64,000 bases of DNA. It comes from an uncultured Bacillota bacterium. GTDB taxonomy: Bacteria > Sysuimicrobiota > Sysuimicrobiia > Sysuimicrobiales > Segetimicrobiaceae. Made by a program: the position numbers and the translations under genes. Positions 39,305-50,030 of the stretch are shown here, one piece after another. The DNA is taken from the NCBI GenBank assembly GCA_963804645.1, contig CAWDRG010000013.1:1-64000 (forward strand), written 5' to 3'. Every line of letters starts with the position of its first letter. The first letter of the stretch is position 1. Below the pieces are notes generated by a model. That model made no database searches. It worked only from the letters and a program-made list of their open reading frames with translations, and was not told where the DNA came from.

Positions 39305-40789
39305 TCACCGGACGGTCGCGACGTCCCGCTCGGGCGCAACCGGGAACGGGCGCGGCCTGAGGAGCTGCGCGAAGGAAACGGGCGTCGGAAACACCTTCCA
39401 TGGGTTCATCCGGCCGGCCGGGTCGAACACCACCTTGAGGCGCCGCATCGCCGCGAGGTCCGCCGCGGTGTAGATCCACGGCATGTAGTTGTTCTTCTCG
39501 AACCCGATGCCGTGCTCCCCGGAGATCGTGCCCCCGACGTCGACGCACAGCCGCAGCATCTCTTCCCCGGCACGAAGCACGCGGTCCGTCTCCCCCGGCA
39601 CCCGGGCATCGAAGCCGATGATCGGGTGGAGGTTCCCATCCCCCGCATGAGACACGTTGATCATCAGGAGGTGCTCGCGCGCCGCGATCGCCTGCACGCG
39701 TCGCAGCACCTCCGGCAGCCGCGATCTCGGCACGACGGCGTCGTGGAGGTAGTAGTTGACCACGATGCGCCCGACGGTCCCGAACGCCGCCTTGCGGCCG
39801 AGCCACAACGCCTGGCGCTGCTCCTCGGTATCGGCGGCGCGCACCTCGACCGACCCGTGGGCGCGGCAGATCTCTCGCACAGCCGCGGCGGCGCCGGGCA
39901 GCGTCCCGCGCAACCCTTCCACTTCGATCAACAGCACTGCCTCCGCGTCGCGCGGGTACCCCGCGTGCACGAAGCGCTCGATGACCTCGATCGCGTTTCG
40001 ATCCATCAACTCCAACGCCACCGGTCCGATGCCCCGCCCGATGATCTCGGTGACGGCCTCGCCCGCGCGCCCGATGTCGTCGAACGCCGCCAGCAGCGTG
40101 ACCACGGCCTCACGCCGCCGCAGCAAGCGTATCCAGATCCGCGTGACGATCCCGAGCGTCCCCTCCCCGCCGACCACGAGCCCGGTAAGGTCCATGCCCG
40201 GGGCGTCCGGTCCGTCGGCCCCGACCCGGATGAGCGTCCCATCGGGCAGCGCCAGTTCGAGCCCGAGGATGTGGTGGGTGGTGACGCCGTAGGCGATTGT
40301 GTGCGGGCCGCCAGCGTTGTGGCCCACGTTGCCGCCGATGCTGCTCGCGTACTGACTGCTGGGATCCGGCGCGTAGAAGTAACCCAGGTCGGCCACCGCC
40401 CGGGTGATCTCGATGTTCGTGACTCCCGGCTCCACAACGGCCATCCGGTTGTCGAGATCGATGTCGAGAATCCGGTTCATCCGGTTGAGCCCGACCACGA
40501 TGCCGCCGAGGATCGGCAGCGCGCCGCCGGCGATCCCCGTCCCCGCCCCCCGGGGCACGACCGGACTGCCGTGCTTCGCCGCCACCCGCAGGATCTCGCA
40601 GACCTCATCCGTGGTGCCCGGCAACACCACCAGGTCGGGGGCGGCAGTGATGTTCGACGCGTCGTACTCGTACGCCAACACGTCGCCGGCGTCGGCGAAG
40701 ACATACGCCTCGCCGACCACCGCGACGAGCTCCCTCACGAGCTCGGCGCGCGACGGCATCGGGACGCGCGCGTCCGCGAGCTCCATCAC
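39305..40789 (-). CDS. FAD-linked oxidase (GlcD-like)
   Basis: PRGAGTG, APDPSS, HAGDGNLHP, SGEHGIG. Confidence 0.88.
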   Translation of the reverse strand: MMELADARVPMPSRAELVRELVAVVGEAYVFADAGDVLAYEYDASNITAAPDLVVLPGTTDEVCEILRVAAKHGSPVVPRGAGTGIAGGALPILGGIVVGLNRMNRILDIDLDNRMAVVEPGVTNIEITRAVADLGYFYAPDPSSQYASSIGGNVGHNAGGPHTIAYGVTTHHILGLELALPDGTLIRVGADGPDAPGMDLTGLVVGGEGTLGIVTRIWIRLLRRREAVVTLLAAFDDIGRAGEAVTEIIGRGIGPVALELMDRNAIEVIERFVHAGYPRDAEAVLLIEVEGLRGTLPGAAAAVREICRAHGSVEVRAADTEEQRQALWLGRKAAFGTVGRIVVNYYLHDAVVPRSRLPEVLRRVQAIAAREHLLMINVSHAGDGNLHPIIGFDARVPGETDRVLRAGEEMLRLCVDVGGTISGEHGIGFEKNNYMPWIYTAADLAAMRRLKVVFDPAGRMNPWKVFPTPVSFAQLLRPRPFPVAPERDVATVR

Positions 40790-40829
40790 GCGGCCCCCCC
40801 GCCCTTGGCCGTGCCGCCCCGCGCGCCCG

Positions 40830-42236
40830 TCACCCTGTAGCGGCTCCGGAGGTCGGAAGTCTCGAGGCCTTCCATGCCGTGAGGCCCCCGACGAGGTCCG
40901 CGACGGTGCTGACCCCGTGCTCCGCCAGCAGGCTCGCGGCGATGGCCGACCGGTAGCCGCCCTGGCAGTGGACCACGACCGGCCGATCTCGCGGCACCTC
41001 GCCGAGGCGCTCCAACAGGTGGTTCAGGGGGATGCCCAGGCTGCCTTCGATCCACTCCGCCTGGCGTTCGGCCGGGGCGCGCACGTCCACGACGACCGGC
41101 CTCATCTCCGACCGCAGCTGCTCCTCGAGCGCGGTTGCGGTGACGCGATCGATGCGCCGGACGAGCTCGGGCTGCGGGTCGACCGCGGCCATGCCGCCCT
41201 CGAGATAGCCGACGACGTTGTCGAAGCCGATGCGGCCGAGCCGCATCGCCGATTCCAGCTCGCGCCCGGCATCCGCCACCACGACGATCGGCCGCGCGGG
41301 ATCCAGCAGCGTGCCGGCCCACGTCGCGAATTGACCGGCGAGGCTGATGTTCACGCTGTCGAGCAGGTGCGCGCCCTCAAACTCCGCCGGCTCGCGTGTG
41401 TCCAGCAGCTGCGCCCCGGTGTTGCGCAGCCGCAGCACCTCGTCGAGCGTGAGCGGGCGCAGTTCTCGGCGCAGCGACTCCTCGAGCGTCGGCCGCTGCT
41501 TAGTGTTCAGGATCGCGTCGTAGGTGAAGTACGGCGGCGCGTCGGGTTGCTCCGCGAGCACGATCGAGATGAACTCGTCCTTGGTCATGGGCTGGAGCGC
41601 GTAGTTGTAGCGCCGCTGCGCGCCGATCGTAGAGACGGTGTCCGTGCTCAGATTCTTCCCGCACAGCGATCCGGCCCCGTGGGCGGGATAGACGCACGTG
41701 TCGTCGGGGAGCCGCAGGAGCTTCTCGTGCAGCGAGTCGTACAGCAGACTGGCCAGTGCGGTGGCCGACCACCCGAGCGCCGCGCGAAGGTCCGGGCGGC
41801 CGACGTCGCCGATAAACAGGGTATCCCCCGTCAGCACCGCGTACGGCGTCGCCGCGTTCTTCGCCAGGTCGTACACGACGATGGAGATCGACTCGGGAGA
41901 GTGCCCGGGGGTCTCCAGCACAGACAGGCGCACGTCTCCGAACTCCACCGCGTCACCGTCGCCGAGCGGCGTGAACGGATACTCGGCCGAGGCCGCCTTG
42001 CCGAGATAGATCTCCGCACCGGTCCGCTCGCGGAGCTCGAGGTGCCCCGCGACGAAGTCGGCGTGCAGATGCGTCAGGAAGACGTGGCGGATCTCGAGTC
42101 CCGCGTCCCGCGCGTCGGCCAGATACTGATCCACGTCCCGCTGCGGGTCGATGATGGCTGCGGTCCCGGTGCGCTCGTCGCCCACCAGATACGACGCGTG
42201 CGCGAGGCACTTCAGATAGTACTGGGTCAGGATCAT
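40830..42236 (-). CDS. MBL-fold persulfide dioxygenase-like protein fused to two rhodanese domains
   Basis: THLHADFVAGH, TPGH, GDVGRPDL, HGAGSLCG, CQGGYRS. Confidence 0.88.
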   Translation of the reverse strand: MILTQYYLKCLAHASYLVGDERTGTAAIIDPQRDVDQYLADARDAGLEIRHVFLTHLHADFVAGHLELRERTGAEIYLGKAASAEYPFTPLGDGDAVEFGDVRLSVLETPGHSPESISIVVYDLAKNAATPYAVLTGDTLFIGDVGRPDLRAALGWSATALASLLYDSLHEKLLRLPDDTCVYPAHGAGSLCGKNLSTDTVSTIGAQRRYNYALQPMTKDEFISIVLAEQPDAPPYFTYDAILNTKQRPTLEESLRRELRPLTLDEVLRLRNTGAQLLDTREPAEFEGAHLLDSVNISLAGQFATWAGTLLDPARPIVVVADAGRELESAMRLGRIGFDNVVGYLEGGMAAVDPQPELVRRIDRVTATALEEQLRSEMRPVVVDVRAPAERQAEWIEGSLGIPLNHLLERLGEVPRDRPVVVHCQGGYRSAIAASLLAEHGVSTVADLVGGLTAWKASRLPTSGAATG

Positions 42237-42349
42237 GTCACACCTCCGCCCTACGATCGAGGTTCCGTCGACCGGAGACAAATTCCTTTCCCCGCGGGGC
42301 CACTCTGAGTCACCTCGCGAACTCGCACGTACGCGGCGCGCGACCGCCG

Positions 42350-43144
42350 CTACAGCGGCGGCGTAAACCGTCCGTCGATCGCGGTCCAGCCACCGTCGAC
42401 GAACAGCAGCGCGCCGGTCACGTAACTCGCGGCGTCGGACGCGAGAAACACCACCGGGCCCGCGATCTCGTCGGGCGACGCCCAGCGGTCGAGCGCGGAG
42501 TGGGCGGCGTACGCCCGGTACCACGCGGGCTGCTCCTTGATCTGGCGCGTGAGCGGCGTATCGACCACCCCGGGCGCGATCGCGTTCACGCGCACCCCGC
42601 GCGGGCCGAGTTCCGCCGCGAGCGTGCGGCACAGGAGGACGACGCCGGCCTTCGTGGCCGCGTACACGCTCTGACCCGGCTCGACCGTCTGCGCCCGGAT
42701 CGACGCGAAGGCGATGATGCTTCCGCGTCCCCGTTCGGCCATGTGCCGACCTGCCTCCCGGAGCACGTAAAACGTCCCCTTGAAGTTCACGGTGAGTACC
42801 CGGTCCAGTTCTTCGGCGCTGTACGCGAGGACGGGCTTGCGGACGTTGATCGCCGGCGTCGTGACGACCGCGTCGAGCGCGCCGTACCGGGCGAGCGCGT
42901 CCTCGAACAGCCGCCGCACGTCGTCCTCCCGGACGACGTCCACCGTCTGCGCTTCGGCCTGTCCGCCGCCATCGGCGATCATCGCCGCGGTGGCCCGGGC
43001 GGCCTCGGGCCGGAGGTCGGCCGCGACCACGACCGCGCCGTGCGCCGCGAGCGCGCGGGCGGACGCCTGCCCGATGCCGGAGCCGGCGCCGATCACGACC
43101 GCGACCTTGCCGTCGAGACGAAACAAGCGTCCGTAGTCCATCAT
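42350..43144 (-). CDS. SDR oxidoreductase
   Basis: GAGSGIG, YAATK, DGGW. Confidence 0.9.
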   Translation of the reverse strand: MMDYGRLFRLDGKVAVVIGAGSGIGQASARALAAHGAVVVAADLRPEAARATAAMIADGGGQAEAQTVDVVREDDVRRLFEDALARYGALDAVVTTPAINVRKPVLAYSAEELDRVLTVNFKGTFYVLREAGRHMAERGRGSIIAFASIRAQTVEPGQSVYAATKAGVVLLCRTLAAELGPRGVRVNAIAPGVVDTPLTRQIKEQPAWYRAYAAHSALDRWASPDEIAGPVVFLASDAASYVTGALLFVDGGWTAIDGRFTPPL

Positions 43145-43252
43145 CGCCCCCCGCACGGCCGAGTTCCGCCCCGGCGAACAGGAGTTTCGAGGCGGGGAGG
43201 ACAAATACTTCCCCGTCGTCCAACGACGCCACTCACGAGGGAGCCCCCACCG

Positions 43253-44608
43253 ATGCCGGAGACTCAGGCGACCACCGCCGACCTGATCGCTGCCTACGTC
43301 GACACACATCCCAAGTCGCGCGAGGCGTTCGAGCGTGCGAACCGGGTCCTGCCCGGGGGAATCACGCACGACAGCCGCGCGCTGACCCCGTTTCTGCCGT
43401 ACATCGACCGCGCCTCGGGCGCCCGCAAATGGGACATCGACGGCCACGAGTACGTCGACTACGCGATGGGGCACGGGGCGCTGCTGCTCGGGCACGCGCA
43501 CCCCGCGGTCGTCGAGGCGGTCCGCCGTCAGGTGGCCCTCGGCACCCACCTCGGCGCAAACCACCTGCTCGAGATCGAGTGGGCCGAGCGGATCTGCGCC
43601 ATGGTCCCCGGCGTCGAGATGGTGCGGTTCACGAGTTCCGGAACCGAGGCGACGCTGCTGGCCCTCCGGCTGGCCCGCGCAGCGACGGGGCGGTCCAAGA
43701 TCGTGAAGTTCCGGGGGCACTTCCACGGCTGGCACGACGCTGTGATGCCGGGCCAGACGCCGCCGTGGGACGAGGTCCCCGAGGGGGTACCGGCGGCGGT
43801 TGCGCGCGAAACGATCGTCGTCCCGCAGGACGCCGCGGCGCTCGACGCGGCCCTTGCCGCCGAACCCGACGTCGCCGCGGTCATCCTGGAGCCGAGCGGC
43901 GCGTCCTCGGGCACGCTTCCGGTCCCGCCCGGGTTCCTTAAAGACGTGCGCCGCGTGACGGCCGAGCGCGGGGTGTATCTCGTCTTCGATGAAGTCATCA
44001 GCGGATTCCGCTGGGCGCCCGGGGGGGTCCAGGAGATCTCGGGCGTCACGGCCGACCTCGTGACGATGGCGAAGATTCTCGCCGGCGGACTGCCGGGCGG
44101 CGCGGTCGGCGGGCGGCGGGACCTGCTCGAGCCGATCGGGATCCCCCGAGGCAACCGGCGCAAGATCCAGCACCCGGGCACCTACAACGCGAACCCGCTC
44201 TCCGCATCCGCGGGGATCGCCTGTCTCGACCTTATTCGGGACGGGCGGGCGCAGGCGCACGCCGCCGACACCGCGGCGGCGCTGCGGCGGGGATTGAACA
44301 CGGTCCTAGCCTCGCTCGGGGTGCGCGGCGCGGTCTACGGGGAGGCGTCCTCGTTCCACGTGGCCTTCGATCGGGCGATCACGCCGGGCGACCCGGCGTC
44401 GGCCCGCGCCCTCCCCCAGGAAACGCTCAAGCAGCAGCGCGGCCTGCGTCCGGCCGGACCGCTGACGGTGGCGATGCTGACGCGCGGCGTGCACCTTTTT
44501 GGGCTCGGCGGGTTCACGAGCATCGCGCACGGCCAGGAGGACGTCGACCGCACCGTGGACGCGTTCGAGCACGCGCTCCGCGAGATCGGCAGTTGGCTGC
44601 CTGACTAG
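43253..44608 (+). CDS. Class III aminotransferase (GSA aminomutase-like)
   Basis: SSGTEAT, FDEVISGFR, MAKILAGG, GTYNANP. Confidence 0.88.
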   Translation: MPETQATTADLIAAYVDTHPKSREAFERANRVLPGGITHDSRALTPFLPYIDRASGARKWDIDGHEYVDYAMGHGALLLGHAHPAVVEAVRRQVALGTHLGANHLLEIEWAERICAMVPGVEMVRFTSSGTEATLLALRLARAATGRSKIVKFRGHFHGWHDAVMPGQTPPWDEVPEGVPAAVARETIVVPQDAAALDAALAAEPDVAAVILEPSGASSGTLPVPPGFLKDVRRVTAERGVYLVFDEVISGFRWAPGGVQEISGVTADLVTMAKILAGGLPGGAVGGRRDLLEPIGIPRGNRRKIQHPGTYNANPLSASAGIACLDLIRDGRAQAHAADTAAALRRGLNTVLASLGVRGAVYGEASSFHVAFDRAITPGDPASARALPQETLKQQRGLRPAGPLTVAMLTRGVHLFGLGGFTSIAHGQEDVDRTVDAFEHALREIGSWLPD

Positions 44609-44781
44609 CCGCGCACCGACCGAAACGGGCTGGTCACGTGCGCACACCCCGCCGCGCGTCGGCGCGGCCGACAGCGGGGGGTCTCCTTCCCCGTTTGTGC
44701 CGCACACCCGCCTGCCCGCGCGGCCCGGTCGCGGCGACTCTGTCGGCTCCCCGTCGTCATGAGGATGTGCGCGAGCCGACG

Positions 44782-45100
44782 CGAACGTGGCGTTTCATCT
44801 CGCGGAGCGGCTCAAGCGGATTGTGCTGTGCGAGCGCCGCTACGTGGCTGCGGGCGCGACAGGAAAATCCGGCGCCCTCGTGCGCATACACTACACGAAC
44901 GAGCCGGAGGCCCGCCTCGCGCTCGCTAGCTTCCCGTATTTCCAGCACTGAAGCGACCTCGTCGGGCATGGGAGCCCCCGCTTCGTGCCCACCGGCATGC
45001 TCGCGCTCGTGGCACCCGAGCACGAAGATCGGCTGCACGCGAACGTAGCGATCCTGCAGCGGCTCCGCGCCCGCACGACGGTGATCACCCGCGATATGCT
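44782..45100 (+). pseudogene. Remnant of a DAO/sarcosine-oxidase-like FAD oxidoreductase
   Basis: ANVAFHLAE...ERRYVAAGATGKSGALVRIHY...YFQH*. No GxGxxG start and no C-terminus. Confidence 0.65.
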
Positions 45101-45283
45101 GGTCGTCGTGGGCACTGTGTCAACCCCTTTTGAGAGTGATCGCGGTGCGTGCTGTGGGCATCCCGCCGGCGAACCGGCACGATGCAGTCCCGGGGGGCAC
45201 GCCGCCCTGGTAGCGCAGATCCCCGCCTGCCCCACGCCGCCTCTACACGGCCACCGCTGCCGGCCCGGCCGGACGGGTCGACG

Positions 45284-46276
45284 CTAGGCGCCCAAGTACT
45301 TCCCGAACCAGGCGAGCGTCTTCGGCCACGCGTCCGCGGCCGCCGCCGCGTTGTAGGCCGGCCCGGTGTCGTTGAAAAACGCGTGGTTAGCGTTCGGCTC
45401 GATCACGATTTCGTGAACGACGCCCGCGCGCTCGAGCGCAGCCTGCATCGCCGGGATGCCGGCGTCGACCCGCTGATCGAGTCCGCCGTAAAACGCCAGG
45501 ACGGCCGCGCGGATCCTCGCCACGCCGTCCAGCGACGGGGGATTCGGACCGTAAAACGGCACCACCGCCTTGAGGTCGGCGTTCTGCATCGCCAGCTGCC
45601 ACGTGAGCCCGCCGCCGAAGCAGAACCCCATCGCCCCCAACGCGCCGTGCCGCACCGACGCGAGCGTGCCGAGATACTTCACGCCGTCGTTCAGCATCCC
45701 CACGAGTTGGTCCGCCGGCGCCTGCCCGAGGAACGTCGACACCTGCGCGAGATCCGGGTACTTCGCGGTGCCGCCAATCGGCGAGGCGAGATCGGGCGCC
45801 AGCGCGACGTAACCGGCCTTCGCGAGCCGCCGGGCCACGTCCATGTGGTGGTCCAGCAGGCCGCGGTTCTCGTGGGTCACGACGACCCCCGGTGCGATGG
45901 GCTTTCCCACCGGCTGCGCGAGGTACGAGATCACGGACGTGGTCGGCGTCGGATAGATGTTCGCCGCGGTCGACGGGTAGGTGATCATCTGCGCGTGCAC
46001 CGCGGGATCGTTCGGGGCCACCGTGGGCGCCGCGGCGGCCAACCGCGCCGGCGCCTGGGCCACGACCGCGGCGGCGACCTCGTCCGGGGTCGCTTCGACG
46101 CCGAGCACCGCCAGCAGTCCGCCGGCGAACACCGCGCCGCCGGAGAAGACACCGATGCGCCGCAGAAACTCCCGCCGGCCGAGGCGTCCGTCCCGATACT
46201 CCTCCACCCACTCCTCGACGACATACCGGCCCAGATGCGTCAGCGCCAGCGGTTTCGGGTTCGACGTCGCGTCCAC
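45284..46276 (-). CDS. Dienelactone hydrolase (YghX-like) with a twin-Arg leader
   Basis: GGGAGGT RBS, GRREFL, HENRGL, GFCFGG, ANHAF. Confidence 0.85.
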   Translation of the reverse strand: MDATSNPKPLALTHLGRYVVEEWVEEYRDGRLGRREFLRRIGVFSGGAVFAGGLLAVLGVEATPDEVAAAVVAQAPARLAAAAPTVAPNDPAVHAQMITYPSTAANIYPTPTTSVISYLAQPVGKPIAPGVVVTHENRGLLDHHMDVARRLAKAGYVALAPDLASPIGGTAKYPDLAQVSTFLGQAPADQLVGMLNDGVKYLGTLASVRHGALGAMGFCFGGGLTWQLAMQNADLKAVVPFYGPNPPSLDGVARIRAAVLAFYGGLDQRVDAGIPAMQAALERAGVVHEIVIEPNANHAFFNDTGPAYNAAAAADAWPKTLAWFGKYLGA

Positions 46277-46481
46277 GAGCGCCCACCTCCCATGTCGGGG
46301 ATGTCGCTGTCTTCGGCTCCCGCGCGAGCCCGCCCTCCAGCGGGTGCGCCCGCCGTCGATTCTCGACAAGACCGTTACGCAAGTCGCGAGCCGCTCCCGC
46401 GCGACCGCCATACTGGCAGGCCGCCACCCGCACCACGCCGAACGACACCGCAGGGTCCAATGCTCCACCGGGAGGTCGTCC

Positions 46482-47492
46482 GTGCACCGGGTCCTAGCCG
46501 TGTTCAGCGTCACCGTCTTCGCCCTGTCCGCCGCCGCGGGCGGCGCGATCGCCCAGAATCCGCAGCTCGTCCGCGTGGCCACGCTGAAGCTGGTGGGCGG
46601 CGCCCCCATCTTCTGGGGCATCCACCAAGGGTACTTCACCAAGGTAGGCCTGAACGTCCAGCCCGTGTACTTCGAGGCGGCCGCCCCCGTCGCCACCGCG
46701 GTCGCGACCGGCGACACCGAGGTCGGCGCGACCGGGATCACCGGCACCCTCTTCAACTTGTCCGCGGGCGGCGCCAAGATCTGGCTCGTCGCCGACCGCG
46801 GCCAGGAGTACGCCGGCTACCACCTGAACGCGATGGTCGTCACGAAGACCGAGTACGCCGCGGGCGTGCACTCGCTGAGCGACCTCAAGGGCAAGCGCAT
46901 CGGGATCACCACGCTCGGCTCGAGCTTTCACTACCAGCTCGGCGCGCTGCTCGAGCGCGACCACCTCACCCTCAACGACGTCCAGGTCGTCCCGCTGCGC
47001 GACTTCAACCTGGTCGTCGAGGCGCTCCGCACCGGGCAGATCGACGGCGCGATCCTGTCGCCCCCGTTTGGCGCGGCCTCGGAGCAGGACGGCTGGGGCA
47101 AGGTCCTGTTCTGGGTCGGCGACGAGCTCCGGAACCAAGTGACCGGCGTCTTCTACGGCGCGAAGATGCACGACAACCGGGACCTCGGCGACCGCTTCAT
47201 GGTCGGGTACATCCGCGCGACCCGCGACTACTACGACGCGTGTCTCGTCAAGCCGGCCCGCGGCTCCTGCGACGCGATCGTCGCGGTCACCGCGGAGGTC
47301 CTGCAGCAGACGCCCGCCGCGGTGCGCGACTCGCTGCCGTACATCGACCGCAACGGCCGCCTCTACACGCTGGATCTGCAGCGGCAGGAGACCTGGTATC
47401 TCGCGAACGGGATGAGCTCGAAGTCGGTGCCGCTCGAGCAGTTCATCGATCAGAGCTTCATCACGGACGCCGTGCACACCCTCGGTCCCTAG
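46482..47492 (+). CDS. NitT/TauT ABC substrate-binding protein
   Basis: GGAGGT RBS, signal peptide, DLKGKRIG. Confidence 0.85.
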   Translation: MHRVLAVFSVTVFALSAAAGGAIAQNPQLVRVATLKLVGGAPIFWGIHQGYFTKVGLNVQPVYFEAAAPVATAVATGDTEVGATGITGTLFNLSAGGAKIWLVADRGQEYAGYHLNAMVVTKTEYAAGVHSLSDLKGKRIGITTLGSSFHYQLGALLERDHLTLNDVQVVPLRDFNLVVEALRTGQIDGAILSPPFGAASEQDGWGKVLFWVGDELRNQVTGVFYGAKMHDNRDLGDRFMVGYIRATRDYYDACLVKPARGSCDAIVAVTAEVLQQTPAAVRDSLPYIDRNGRLYTLDLQRQETWYLANGMSSKSVPLEQFIDQSFITDAVHTLGP

Positions 47493-48269
47493 GTGCAGAT
47501 CCGCTTCGAGGACGTCCACAAGAGTTACCGCCGGACCGACGGCACCACGATCGAAGCGCTCTCGGGCATCGACCTGGTCATCGGCGAAGGCGAGTTCGTC
47601 GCGTTCGTCGGCCCGAGCGGATGCGGCAAATCCACCCTGCTGCTGCTCACCGCCGGCCTCGTGCCGCCGTCCGCCGGGCGCGTGGTGTTCGAAGGACCGG
47701 CCTCCGGGCAGCCGCTCACCGGGTTCGTGTTCCAGGAGTTCGCCCTATTTCACTGGCGGACGATCCTCGAGAACGTGGCGTTCGGGCTCGAGGTCCGGGG
47801 CGTGCCTCCGGCGTCGCGCGACGATCGCGCGCGCGAACTCATCCGCCTGGTCGGCCTCGACGGGTTCGAGGGACGCTATCCCGCGGAGCTCTCCGGCGGC
47901 ATGCGGCAGCGCGTCGGAATCGCGCGGGCGCTGTGCGTCGATCCCGCGGTGCTGCTGATGGACGAACCGCTGTCGGCGCTCGACGCGCAGACGCGCCAAT
48001 TGATGCAGGAAGAGATCCTCGGGATCTGGGAACGCACGCGGAAGACCGTGCTCTACGTCACCCACAACATCCAGGAAGCCGCGTTCCTGGCCGACCGGAT
48101 CGTCGTCCTGTCGCGCCGGCCCGGCCGCGTCCGCGCGGTGCTGCCGGTGCCGTTCGGGCGTCCGCGCGGCGAGGATCTGTTCGCCGATCCCGGATTCGGC
48201 CGGTTTGGCCAGGATGTGTGGCGCATGATCCGCGATGAGGCCCGCACCGCGATGCGCGAGGAGGCCTAA
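47493..48269 (+). CDS. NitT/TauT ABC ATP-binding protein
   Basis: GPSGCGKS, LSGGMRQR, MDEP, VTH. Confidence 0.92.
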   Translation: MQIRFEDVHKSYRRTDGTTIEALSGIDLVIGEGEFVAFVGPSGCGKSTLLLLTAGLVPPSAGRVVFEGPASGQPLTGFVFQEFALFHWRTILENVAFGLEVRGVPPASRDDRARELIRLVGLDGFEGRYPAELSGGMRQRVGIARALCVDPAVLLMDEPLSALDAQTRQLMQEEILGIWERTRKTVLYVTHNIQEAAFLADRIVVLSRRPGRVRAVLPVPFGRPRGEDLFADPGFGRFGQDVWRMIRDEARTAMREEA

Positions 48270-48319
48270 CATGTCCACAGAACGCCGCGCGGGAGGTCAT
48301 CGTCCTCGGCGCGCGCCCC

Positions 48320-49087
48320 GTGCCGCCCCTCGGAGGACGGCCCCTGCCGCTCGTCCGGATCGGATCGATCCTCGCCGTCCTCGCCGTGTGGGAGCTGGTG
48401 ACGCACAGCGGCCGGGTCCCCACGGTGTTCCTGCCGACGCCGATGACCGTGGCGCGCGAGCTCGTCCGCATGGTGGCGACGGGAGAGCTCTGGCGCAGCC
48501 TCGCCCCGAGCCTCGCCCGGATCGTCTCGGGATTCGCGATCGGCGGCGCATCCGGGTTCGTGGTCGGCGTGCTCGCCGGGGTGTCCTCCTGGGCGGAGGC
48601 GATCGCGGATCCGCTGATCTCGGCGACCTATCCGGTGCCGAAGATCGCGCTCCTCCCGCTCTTGATCCTGTGGCTCGGGATCGGCGAGCCGTCGAAGATC
48701 GCGGTGATCGCGATCGGGTCCTTCTTTCCGGTCGCGATCGGCACGATGTCCGCCGTGCGGGAGGTCGACCCGCTGCTCATTCGCGCGGCGCGCAGCCTGG
48801 GCGCGACCCGCGCGCAGATCGTCCTGAAGGTCCGCATCCCCGCGTCCCTGCCGGCGATCTTCGCCAGCCTGCGCCTGGCCGCGGGGATGGCGCTGCTGCT
48901 CGTCGTCTCGGCCGAGATGATCGCCGCCACGGCCGGCATCGGCTACCTAATTCTCTACGCCGGCGACCTGCTGCAGACGGCGCGGCTGCTCGCGGGCATC
49001 ATCGTCCTGTCGATCCTCGGCGTACTGTCGACCGGGGTGCTGCAGGCGGTCGAACGCCGGCTGCTGCGGGGACGCTCCCAGGGCTAG
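48320..49087 (+). CDS. NitT/TauT ABC permease (true start may be the ATG at 48271 across an indel)
   Basis: PKIALLPL, AARSLGA, AEMI. Confidence 0.88.
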   Translation: MPPLGGRPLPLVRIGSILAVLAVWELVTHSGRVPTVFLPTPMTVARELVRMVATGELWRSLAPSLARIVSGFAIGGASGFVVGVLAGVSSWAEAIADPLISATYPVPKIALLPLLILWLGIGEPSKIAVIAIGSFFPVAIGTMSAVREVDPLLIRAARSLGATRAQIVLKVRIPASLPAIFASLRLAAGMALLLVVSAEMIAATAGIGYLILYAGDLLQTARLLAGIIVLSILGVLSTGVLQAVERRLLRGRSQG

Positions 49088-49893
49088 GTCCGCCCCGGCG
49101 CGTCAAACCAGCGGAGGCGCGTCCAGCGCAGGTAGCGGTCGGAGAGCAGTTCCAGCGATTTCCTCGCGGTCAGGAACTCCTCGGCCAGCGTCTCGAGCAC
49201 GCGGCCGTCGGCACCCGCCTCGGGCTGCGCGGCCGCGAGGCGATAGAACCGCCGGCCGTGCTCCTCGTACGTCTCGAGCGTCGGCGGCAGCACCCGCGGG
49301 CGCAGCGCCGAACCGCCGCGCGCCCGGGCCCATCGCAGCGAATCCGGGAACACCCCGCTCTGAAACAGCGCGATGTCCGCGATCCGCCGGGACAGCCACG
49401 GCATCTCGTCGCGGTCTGCCATCCCGGCAAGCACGAGCATGTCTTCGAGGTCCGACGTGTTGAAGCGGCGCCGCACGTAGCCGTCGCGGTGCTTGACGTA
49501 GACGGTGACGAACTCGTTCCGGACGAACGACGTCAGCAGGTGGACGAGATAGCTCCACATCGCGGGTTCGGCGATGAACCGCCGCACCCGGGGCGCGTCG
49601 AACACGGCCACGGTCTCCGCCGCCGACCGCTCGAGCGTGTACGGGCGGTCCCGGAGATCGCGCACGACGCGCCGCAGCAGCACGGTGAACATGAACCGCG
49701 GCGACACGCGCAGCAGCGCGTGCTCGTCACCGAGCAGCCGCTCGACCAGGCGGTCGTCCTCCAACAGCACCTCGAGGAGATCTTCGCGGGCCCGCAGCCT
49801 TCGCGGGGCGTCGTCCGGATCGCGCAGGTCGCCTTCCACCGTCTCGGCCACAAACCGCAGATCGTCGTCCGTCAGCTGCAGCATCGTCGGCAC
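49084..49893 (-). CDS. Hypothetical protein
   Basis: Strong GC3 codon bias and globular composition. No family recognised. Confidence 0.7.
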   Translation of the reverse strand: MPTMLQLTDDDLRFVAETVEGDLRDPDDAPRRLRAREDLLEVLLEDDRLVERLLGDEHALLRVSPRFMFTVLLRRVVRDLRDRPYTLERSAAETVAVFDAPRVRRFIAEPAMWSYLVHLLTSFVRNEFVTVYVKHRDGYVRRRFNTSDLEDMLVLAGMADRDEMPWLSRRIADIALFQSGVFPDSLRWARARGGSALRPRVLPPTLETYEEHGRRFYRLAAAQPEAGADGRVLETLAEEFLTARKSLELLSDRYLRWTRLRWFDAPGRT

Positions 49894-50030
49894 CCCCCGT
49901 GTACGCGCGGCGTCCGCTGGTCTGCCGCCTACTGTTCGACCTGTCTCTACAATTCCCCGTTCCGGCGGATTAGTGACCTTCGCGGCCGCCGGACAAGGGG
50001 GGGTCTCGCCTGGCGGCGTATCTTCACGTC

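Noticed and set aside
44949..44951. In-frame TGA as selenocysteine in the FAD oxidoreductase fragment
   Set aside because: The position looks like a Trp codon, and the gene is truncated at both ends.
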